A stretch of DNA of 64,000 nt from Balanoglossus misakiensis. Taxonomy: Eukaryota; Animalia; Hemichordata. The translations under genes were made by a program, and so were the position numbers. The notes beneath the pieces were generated by a model. It saw only the letters and a program-made list of their open reading frames with translations. It did not search any database and was not told the DNA's origin. Each line of letters starts with the position of its first letter. The stretch's first letter is position 1. Positions 14,376 to 22,595 of this stretch are shown here, in pieces. The stretch covers positions 2,526,303 through 2,590,302 of the forward strand of contig CM082582.2 in NCBI GenBank assembly GCA_040954595.2. Reading direction: 5' to 3'.

Positions 14376-14953
14376 TATAACACACCATGCAGCGAACCCT
14401 CGATCGTGATTCGTCAATACGACGTCACGTGACATTAGTCATTTCGAACTGTTGCCTAGGGCATCAGTTCGATCGGTTTGGTGTGTTATAAAACACATGA
14501 TGACTGACATATTCGGGCAACAGTGTATTTTTAATGACCTCGGGACTGCCAGTCACACCAAAACAGTCTGTTTCCCTCGGGCTATGCCCTCGGGAAAACA
14601 AGACTGTTTTAGTTGTGACTAGCAGCACCCTCGGTCATCAAAATAATATAATATTCAAAGCCTTATTACTTAGCGGAATGATATAGCCTATTGTTATAAG
14701 GAATGGGTAAGGGTATCTTTTTAATAGGCTAAACCATGCGCAAAATAGCGTTAACAAGCTTTAGGGAGGGAGGGAGGGTCAGGCTAAATAAAGTACCTCC
14801 ACAACCCCACGCCTACCCCCAAATGTACGCGCTTCTACCGTTGTCTCTGAGTCTCCTCCGTTATCGAGTGACAAACTAAGTGTACCAATTATGTTGCCCT
14901 ATTTATACTCATGCCTTATGAATATTCATGAGATGCGTAAGGATATCGCTGCG

Positions 14954-14993
14954 TAATGAGGCTTTGAATAATATAATATTCAAAGCCTTATTA
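14954..14993. other. Circle-junction / recombinase site at the B1-A2 border
   Basis: TAATGAGGCTTTGAATA-ATATAA-TATTCAAAGCCTTATTA: 17-bp inverted arms (1 mismatch) with a 6-bp spacer. Confidence 0.8.
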
Positions 14994-15525
14994 CTTAGCT
15001 CAATGATATAGCCTATTGTTATAAGGAATGGGTAAGGGTATCTTTTTACCGTCCACATACTGCCTAAAGCGTAATAATTCTACCTAAACCATAAAGCACA
15101 CAACCCATACCTAAATAAATCAAAAACCTTTATTCAAAATAATTCCCCCATTCCTCATAACAATAGAAACATTCCCAGCAATTAACATATGAGAACATCA
15201 TTACATCCAAGGAATAAAAGTGGTAACCATACACATTCAAACTGAAAAATGGAGCAGATTCATCTCTAAAATAATCACATTGATATTTAATGAAACTAAT
15301 AGAAATTCATAGCAGTCTCCAGACACAAAATATCAGATGAACAAACAAGTGGCAAATATTCACCCTATACTACAGGTACATTGTACAGTCAAATTACAAA
15401 TCCAAATGTAACAGTTTTCACAGAAGAACCAGCTACTGATAAAAGGCTGGTCTACAAGAAGTTACAATATTCTCCAAATTTTCATATTTAAGAGTAATAT
15501 CATCACGAGTATCAATAGCATCTAT

Positions 15526-16731
15526 TTACCTAGAAGCAGGAGCCTCTGCTTTTCCAACCTTATGGAGCTGCATATAGTGGTTTGCAGTCTTTTCTGATCT
15601 CCAACCAACATGGTCCATGAGATCTGAGATCTGTGAACCTGCCAATGCTAAAATTATTGCACATGCACTCCTAAAGCTGTGAGGAGTTTCACCTTGGTCA
15701 ATATTTAACACTTGCAAATATGTTTTCAGACGTTGGTAAATAGCTTGCGAGGATATGGGTTTTTGCACAACTTGACCACATGGGGTTGTTGGACGAAAAA
15801 GATAACCAAACCGTAAATCTATATCAAAACTTCTCGCTAACTTAATGTATTCCTCTATCGTACTCACGGCGCATAACGTCTTGTCATTACACCGCTTTAT
15901 TGCGAATAAATTACTCTGTTCACCTCTTAAAGTTTTACCAAAAGTATGATTAAATATGAAACCAGAATTATCTGGCAACCTTAAGATTTCCTGAGTTTTG
16001 ATCTGGCCAAGATCTCCTGCCCTATCTCCGGACATCATTAATACCTTAAATATGGTAATATCTCTAGCATAGACGTATGCTGCAACACGTGAAGTGCTAG
16101 ACACTAGTTTACTTAAAATGTAATCTAGAAGGATCCTTATCTTATTAGTAAAAATCGGCTTGGCCTGTTTAGGAGTTATATGTGCTTTGGCCTGCTCTTC
16201 ACCGGATTTCTTAATATATCTGTCAACCAAGGTAGAAGCGATTGGGTTTGTCTTACATAAACCCAGATTTAGCATCACCCCATAAAAGGACTTTAATTTA
16301 GCAGCTATATTTTTTAAGGTGCCTAAACGTAGACGTTTAGGACATTCACACTGATCAAACTTTCTGGTAACACTACCCAGGAACGGACATGTATTTATAT
16401 GAACCTGAGTTCGAGCATGTTTGTCTTTATGGATAAGAAATCTGACAATATCTACTGGCATCGCTTGAGTAAGGTCTTTAGGCTGAGGGAGTCCACTTAA
16501 GAAAGATTCCAAATTTTGTACCAATTTATCTTTCTGGATTTCATAAGCTGATTTTGAACCCAGTAGATCATTCATTCGAGCATCGATGATATCAAGATCA
16601 ACCTGAGTGCGCCCCCTCTCGGACGGATAAGGAACTGAGCTGACTACTTTGGCTGAGCAAATATGGCACTGTTTTTTGTCCTCTTGACCAAGAGAATTGC
16701 AGAGTAACTGAGTACCACATAACCAACATTC
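15526..16731 (-). CDS. Tyrosine recombinase with N-terminal CxxC-CxxC ribbon and ALOG domain (exon opens at acceptor 16731; first ATG 16575)
   Basis: ALOG-like TQVHINTCPFLG..CECPKRL..GT; catalytic R (GDRAGD), HSFR, H/W (HVGW), Y (NHY); frame open 52 codons upstream of the ATG. Confidence 0.92.
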   Translation of the reverse strand, partial: ECWLCGTQLLCNSLGQEDKKQCHICSAKVVSSVPYPSERGRTQVDLDIIDARMNDLLGSKSAYEIQKDKLVQNLESFLSGLPQPKDLTQAMPVDIVRFLIHKDKHARTQVHINTCPFLGSVTRKFDQCECPKRLRLGTLKNIAAKLKSFYGVMLNLGLCKTNPIASTLVDRYIKKSGEEQAKAHITPKQAKPIFTNKIRILLDYILSKLVSSTSRVAAYVYARDITIFKVLMMSGDRAGDLGQIKTQEILRLPDNSGFIFNHTFGKTLRGEQSNLFAIKRCNDKTLCAVSTIEEYIKLARSFDIDLRFGYLFRPTTPCGQVVQKPISSQAIYQRLKTYLQVLNIDQGETPHSFRSACAIILALAGSQISDLMDHVGWRSEKTANHYMQLHKVGKAEAPASR

Positions 16732-16818
16732 CTAATGAAATATAAAATGTAGAAGTACACAACTTTAATCTTGAAACAGCTGTATTATTCAATAGATGGA
16801 GCTTTTAATAGTAATTGC

Positions 16819-18999
16819 CTAACTGCCAAAAGTTGCTGCAAATAACTTTCCTTTAGTTTTCGCGTGAACATAGCCATTTTTTGATGGGACAAGAATGAAA
16901 TTATCCTCTCCTTTAGACGCAACTTGCACACAGACTGATCCATGTTTCTTAACTAATGGCCACCATAAAGGCGTAAAATTGTGGACTTCTAATAGAACAG
17001 TGGCTGATAAACCTTCCGAAATTACATGTCTCACCACTGGCAATTGCAAGCATACAGGGGGAAATATGAACAACCTATCGGCTTCTTGAAACGTATGTGC
17101 AAAGAAATTGACCCCTTCACAATTAGGTTGGGGATAAGGAGCTACGAAACGAGACAATTTTGCGTTGGAACATATGGCCATCGCATCTACATCATATGGA
17201 CCAAACTGATCATTTATTCTCTGCCAAGCCGTACTAGTAAGGGTGGTGTCATTTTCGTTTACATTTCTCGATACATAGTCAGCAAGATTGGCTGCTGATC
17301 TAACATGGGATAAATTCAACCATACATTTCGTTCTACAGCTACGTGAAATATATTCTTGAGGATCTGATTGAGTTTTAATGACTTTGAACCAGGAGAACC
17401 ATTATTCCACGCTTGTACTAATACAAGTGAATCTACAGCCACATCTAATCGTAGATTATCTATTTTATCTCCAAGAGCTAACAAAGTGCGGTGTAGAGCT
17501 TCTGCTTCTTTTACGTTTATAGACTCATTCCGGAATGAATCCTCCCAGAAATCGCTTATTTCAACTGACATACTCTCGTTAACGGTGGTATCGGGATGTA
17601 AAACAGCCCCCCATTTATAAGCGCTAGCATCTGTAAACAATTTAAGAGCATAGTGTCTTTCTTTAAGCCATTTGAACGGACCTGCATTAACAATTATGTT
17701 TTGCCATTCCCTTAGCTCTTCTGCTAACTCTTGCCTTATTGGAACAAGAAATGTTGCTTTTCCCTGAGCTTTTGACACCGATAGAGCCATTTGACGAATG
17801 TATAATCTTGCAGATGGAATTGCAAGCGCGAAAGACATACACTTCCCCATAACTTTTTGAATCAGAGGGAGAGGGACTGCCCGTTTACTAAGAATATCAT
17901 TCGTTAATTCCAAAAATCTATCAATCTTAATCTGTGGAACAATAAACGCCTCTAAAGGCGAGTCGACCTGCATACCTAACATAACTAAAGACTTAACGGG
18001 TGTTAGTATACTTTTCTGTAACGCTAAGAAATAACCCGCCAGTACACAAATAGAGGCTAATATAAAAGCCGAAGCTTCTGCGCGTTCAAAAGGAGACAAT
18101 TTCCTTTCTAACCGGTCGTGACATACCAGTAAAGGTCCCGCATGGCGATCGTCAATATATTGGATACATGGAACCCCAAGCTTTCTAGCATAACTAGTGA
18201 CGGCGTAACCAACAGTATGATAAACATAAGCTGAAAGCTTCCACCCAAACGGCAAAGTATTACACACAAACCAAACTCCCCCCCATTGAAAACCAAAGTA
18301 TGTTCTATCCGGTTCATATACAAGAATGTGGTCATAACCACTTTTATCATCACACTTGACCTGATAGTCATCTTTGTGCAGGTAACGACTAACATCAACC
18401 AACTTGTCGAGCTTGAACGGAATATCTTGAATCCATAGATTTAAGTACCTCATGTCTATACACATCCTTGGCTTCTTGGGCTCAACAACGATTGGCATCA
18501 CAACATGAGGAGGAGGATCACGACCGACAATACCCCAAACCGAAACAGCACCTGTTTTTAATCGGTCAGCTATCGTCTTTGCTATAAATGGAGCAAAATC
18601 CTTGTTGCTAGGGGGATTGTTAAACTGTCTAGGAGGAGGCAGATCATGGAAAAACTGTTGTCCTTTAAAACCTCCTGAGAAATGGCGTAGATATGGAGAC
18701 ACTTTCACACCATTCGAAATCCAAGACATGATTTCATGTTTATTTACCAGATCCATCGTAAGCTCATTCCATGCATCTGGGTATTTGTGCAGCTCTCCAG
18801 CAATAAACTGATCTGGGTTTCTGAATGACATTTCACTAAGAGATACTTTTCTCAAACCATTGGAGACCAAAGATAACACTTCGAACATGTTACCATCAGG
18901 AGCCTGTCCGGGGGTGCCCCCAAGCGTTGTCCAATCATACGAAGTTTTTGGAAGTAGTTTGATATTGACAGGATTATTTAACTCCCAAACTTGAACAAT
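16819..18999 (-). CDS. pol: DIRS-type pol: reverse transcriptase, RNase H, adenine-methyltransferase-like C-terminus (exon opens at 18999; first ATG 18888)
   Basis: LPFGW, YIDD, FTDAS..WGA, INVKEAEA, NLADYVSR; MTase-like DVDAMA..NAK..FIFPP. Confidence 0.93.
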   Translation of the reverse strand: MVQVWELNNPVNIKLLPKTSYDWTTLGGTPGQAPDGNMFEVLSLVSNGLRKVSLSEMSFRNPDQFIAGELHKYPDAWNELTMDLVNKHEIMSWISNGVKVSPYLRHFSGGFKGQQFFHDLPPPRQFNNPPSNKDFAPFIAKTIADRLKTGAVSVWGIVGRDPPPHVVMPIVVEPKKPRMCIDMRYLNLWIQDIPFKLDKLVDVSRYLHKDDYQVKCDDKSGYDHILVYEPDRTYFGFQWGGVWFVCNTLPFGWKLSAYVYHTVGYAVTSYARKLGVPCIQYIDDRHAGPLLVCHDRLERKLSPFERAEASAFILASICVLAGYFLALQKSILTPVKSLVMLGMQVDSPLEAFIVPQIKIDRFLELTNDILSKRAVPLPLIQKVMGKCMSFALAIPSARLYIRQMALSVSKAQGKATFLVPIRQELAEELREWQNIIVNAGPFKWLKERHYALKLFTDASAYKWGAVLHPDTTVNESMSVEISDFWEDSFRNESINVKEAEALHRTLLALGDKIDNLRLDVAVDSLVLVQAWNNGSPGSKSLKLNQILKNIFHVAVERNVWLNLSHVRSAANLADYVSRNVNENDTTLTSTAWQRINDQFGPYDVDAMAICSNAKLSRFVAPYPQPNCEGVNFFAHTFQEADRLFIFPPVCLQLPVVRHVISEGLSATVLLEVHNFTPLWWPLVKKHGSVCVQVASKGEDNFILVPSKNGYVHAKTKGKLFAATFGS

Positions 19000-19416
19000 C
19001 TAATGAGGAACAAACAGAAACTAGGGCTATAATATAAACCAACAGTGCATTCTAGATAACATAAGGGGACACCCCCGGACAGGACCATGCGAAAGGCCGG
19101 CCTGCAAAATGCAGAGGGCACAGAGAGTGGCCCCCCTATCCGGGAGTTTATTGAACTATGAAAAATGGACTACTTTAAAGGTGAGCACATTATAAGCAAG
19201 AATACCCAAGACAAAACAAACACATTCATCATGTTAAACCCTTGTTTTATTATGCAAACATCAAACGTTATGAGACAAAGCTTTTTTTCTTTTTTTTTAC
19301 ATAGGCAAATTATCTTTTACACACTCATAACAATGACACTCTAAGTGAGAATCAAATACATCTGAACTGGCCAATTCACAATTCTGTACAAGTCAGTCAT
19401 TCCATCATAATTCAGA

Positions 19417-19866
19417 CTACTTCTTATCTGGACAATTTCTGGCTATATGACCTTTGTTTCCACAAACGTAACACTTAATGTCTCTTCCTCTGCCTTGAGG
19501 GCGTTGAAATTGATAAGGACGAGAATAACTGCGCGTGTTCTTTAGAAATTTGCCCACTTTTGACGCGATTTCTTCTTCCTCTTTGTTGCCAAGTAGAAGG
19601 AGGACTAACTTTCCCGCGTCACTCCCAAAATCATTACTCTCAAATTGTGCTAGCACAGCTCTGAAACGTTGAAGTTTCGAGTGATTCACCAAGGTAGCCC
19701 TGTCTACCAACACTCTCAGGGCATTGATGATAGCGTATCTCGATGCGCCAGAATGTGCCATATCCATAACTTTTTGCAGAGCTTCATCGACATTCGCAGA
19801 GTCTGCCGCTTTCTGTAGCTTTTCCACTTTTTCTTCCAATTGTTTCAAAGCACACGCCACTGGCAT
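19417..19866 (-). CDS. gag: gag-like exon 2 with CCHC zinc knuckle
   Basis: CYVCGNKGHIARNC; preceded by acceptor TATTTTTCAG|ATG. Confidence 0.88.
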   Translation of the reverse strand: MPVACALKQLEEKVEKLQKAADSANVDEALQKVMDMAHSGASRYAIINALRVLVDRATLVNHSKLQRFRAVLAQFESNDFGSDAGKLVLLLLGNKEEEEIASKVGKFLKNTRSYSRPYQFQRPQGRGRDIKCYVCGNKGHIARNCPDKK

Positions 19867-19969
19867 CTGAAAAATAGTGCATAAATTATTTCAACACGTG
19901 AGCAAGCATAACACTTCTTTTCATTTTAAAGTCATGCAATTACCCTTCTTAGCACCATTTTCACTAAAC

Positions 19970-20376
19970 AAGACCACTTGTTGCATACCTCAGCGTATGC
20001 AAATTTTACAAAGCAAGACCACTTGTTGCATACCTCAACGTATGCAAAATTTTACAAAGCGAGACTACTTGTTGCATACCTCAACGTATGCAAAATTTTA
20101 CAAAGCAAGACCACTTGTTGCATACCTCAGCGTATGCAAATTTTACACGGCAAGACCACATGTTGCATACCTCAGCGTATGCAAATTTTCACAAAGCAAG
20201 ACCACTTGTTGCATGCCTCAGGGTATGCAAATTTTCACAAAACAAGACCACTTGTTGCATACCTCGGCGTATGCAAATTTTTCACAGAGCAAGATCACCT
20301 GTTGCATACCTCAACGTATGCAAATTTTACAAAGCAAGACCGCTAGTTGCGTCCCTCAACGTAAGCAAAATTACAG
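19970..20376. repeat. Nine ~45-47-bp tandem units in the element's first intron
   Basis: Unit AAGACCACTTGTTGCATACCTCAGCGTATGCAAATTTTACAAAGC. Confidence 0.95.
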
Positions 20377-20985
20377 TTAAAAAAAAAAAGTAAAAATTGA
20401 GGGAAATAAAGATGGTGTCCCTGTAACGCTGAGCAAAAACCGTAACTTCGCACAGGTGAACAAAGACATAACTAAGGAAAGGAAAAAACTACTAACAAAA
20501 AGTATAAAACGCTAATCTACAACACCTAAAAGCACAGGTAACAAGCCGCTATATAACAACCACATGTATACAAAAAAACAAAAGAGAAAACTGAATGAAA
20601 AGGAAAAGGAAAAATAAGAATACGACAAGACAGAATACAAAGGTATGCTACAAAATAATTACTAACAAGAAAATAAAATAAAACAGGCGCTAAGGAGAAT
20701 TGCAAAATCGAAAAATTTTCAAACTTATCGCACACACCAATGGAACAAAGAGAAAAAAAATGAAACAACGTACACAGAACGACTACGATCGAATTAAAAA
20801 ACCAAACAGTTCAAAAACTGAAAACTCATGTTCTCAACGACGATAACAAATAACCGTGTCTCAACGTAACCCCAGAAACATTGAAACTTGGCCGACCGCA
20901 TATGCACGATAAAAAGGGGTAACTCGACAATCAGGCAATGTAAAACTTGAACAGAATGAAAGAAACACATGATATTGAGTCTCAC

Positions 20986-21195
20986 CTGAGATTCAGATTC
21001 TTTAGAGGTTGTTTCAGTAACTACTACAGGTGTAGGAACTTGTGCGCTGGTAGAAGGGTTTTGAGCCGGAGTCCTCGCAGCACCAGGATTGTCTTGAGTC
21101 GATACCTGAGTAGCAGCATTACCAGAAATTGAAGGACGGGACAAAGCCGAAGCAAAAGACCTGGTTGCATCTGCTATAGTGTTAGGACGATCCAT
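20986..21195 (-). CDS. Shared leader exon, 70 codons (S/T/P/A-rich, likely disordered)
   Basis: ATG at 21195; donor CAG|GTGAGA at 20986/20985 in phase 0; composition turns intron-like after the donor. Confidence 0.8.
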
Positions 21196-21234
21196 TCTGT
21201 CGTGTTACTGTGGCTCCTCCGTTATCGAGTGACA

Positions 21235-21290
21235 AACTAAGTGTACCAATTATGTTGCCCTATTTATACTCATGCCTTATGAATATTCAT
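21235..21290 (-). promoter_or_regulatory. Pol II core promoter in repeat A1 (TATA + Inr); identical copy in A2
   Basis: TATAAATA at 21268-21261, Inr TTAGTT with the A at 21238 (30 nt downstream), ATGAATATTCAT palindrome upstream. Confidence 0.7.
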
Positions 21291-21364
21291 GAGATGCGTA
21301 AGGATATCGCTGCGTAATGAGGCTTTGAATACACTGTTGCCCTCATTGTCAGTCATCATGTGTA

Positions 21365-22045
21365 TACTGTCTCACTTTCAATGAACTGGCCACGAAAATT
21401 TACATGACAATGATCTATTAATGTGGAGGTGTGAGTAATTATTCTGGTCGGTACATCCATGATTTGATAAAAATTATTACCACTAAGAGTAGCGATATAT
21501 TCATTAAAGACAGTGTTATCGCCATCTATATTTATATTGAAATCCCCTAGTAAAACGCATTTTTTGTTGGTAATGCGTAGATTATCAAGACAATCTGATA
21601 AACTGGTTAAAAATTCCTGAGTAGTTGTATTTGGTCTGCGATATATAACACCTATGATGACCTTGCTTTTTTCAAGTAGGATTTCAACAAAAAGACATTC
21701 GCAATGTTGGAGAACAACTGAGTCTATTATAGAGTATGATAACGACTCGTGTAAATAGAGACCAACACCTCCTCCTCTGGAAACAGCTCTACATTTATGA
21801 ACAAAGTTGTATGAAGGGAAGTTATATAATGATGCATCAACACCTGGGTCTAGCCATGTTTCACTGAGGGCAATGACAGAAAATTTGCATTTCAATAGCG
21901 ACAGAACAACTGACAAGTCATCAAAGTGACGTCTGATCGATCTAATATTCAAATGAAGAGTTGAAAATGACTGCAGAGTCAGAAGGGAATCGTTTGCATT
22001 AAATTCGTCCAAAGTATAAGACTTACAATTATAGTTACTTTTCAA
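21365..22045 (-). pseudogene. LINE ORF2 5' part, APE-like endonuclease
   Basis: HLNIRS, LSETWL, GGGVGLY, IYRRP, GDFN, TLIDH motifs. Confidence 0.92.
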
Positions 22046-22112
22046 GAAGTGGTCTGTGGTTTCGCCGATGATGAGTTTGCTTGTACACTATGATGTAGTA
22101 GTTAAAGGACGC

Positions 22113-22595
22113 CTAGCAGATTTTGGCGAGACTTTCCTCATTCGGAATGTAGACAGTTGGTGACCCGTCGACTTTCTTTGTCAGGATTTTTCCGTATTGC
22201 GTCCACAAGTATTTCCATCCATATTCTTTTCTTCTGGCATTTACCTTTGTGAATAAAGATCTTCGTCCTGGTGTCAGATTTTCGTTGATGTATATCTTGT
22301 TTTCTACTTGGTAGCCAATGTCCGATGTTTTGAAGCGAGACATATTTTTGCGTTGCTTGTAGACCGCGTCACGAATTTTTCTTCTGGTGAAACGCACAAT
22401 GATTGCGGCAGGAAACCGGGTATTGGTACCGTGGTCAATGTGTTCATTGCCGAGTGCTTGACGTTTCTTGATTCGATGTGACACGTCAATATCTGAACTG
22501 GTTATGTCTTTTTCTATGAGTTGGATGACTTTCAGGGCTACTGTATCAGTATTTTCATTTGGCAATTCTGGTATGCCTCTTATTTCAAGATACAC
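22113..22595 (-). CDS. LINE ORF1 C-terminal part (RRM-like + C-terminal domain); N-terminal coiled coil appears missing
   Basis: LEIRGIPE..DIDVSHR..IIVRF..IYINENLT..WKYLWT pattern typical of CR1/L2 ORF1. Confidence 0.8.
   Translation of the reverse strand: MYLEIRGIPELPNENTDTVALKVIQLIEKDITSSDIDVSHRIKKRQALGNEHIDHGTNTRFPAAIIVRFTRRKIRDAVYKQRKNMSRFKTSDIGYQVENKIYINENLTPGRRSLFTKVNARRKEYGWKYLWTQYGKILTKKVDGSPTVYIPNEESLAKIC

Larger units (their letters stand above)
14646..21331 (-). mobile_element. Tyrosine-recombinase retrotransposon (DIRS order, PAT-like split direct repeats, ALOG-YR), apparently intact
   Basis: A1 21214-21331 = A2 14853-14970 (118 bp, identical by eye); B1 14971-15048 ~ B2 14646-14723 (2 mismatches); order A1-gag-pol-YR-B1-A2-B2; no TSD. 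Confidence 0.95.
14378..21364. mobile_element. Palindromic Crypton-like MITE (14378-14645 + 21332-21364) hosting the YR retrotransposon
   Basis: TA duplicated at 14376-77 and 21365-66; removal restores LINE frame ETV|IQTDISDH; palindromic arms ACACATGATGACTGACA..GGGCAACAGTG / CACTGTTGCCC..TGTCAGTCATCATGTGT; superfamily assignment is inference. Confidence 0.7.

Noticed and set aside
19970-20376. CRISPR-like array of palindromic repeats
   Set aside because: No unique spacers, no cas genes, eukaryotic context; it is a tandem repeat
19877-20393. Three overlapping plus-strand ORFs
   Set aside because: Artefacts of the stop-poor tandem repeat
20794-20985. C-terminal 63 codons of the 133-aa ORF
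   Set aside because: Lie after the splice donor and have intron-like composition; treated as read-through
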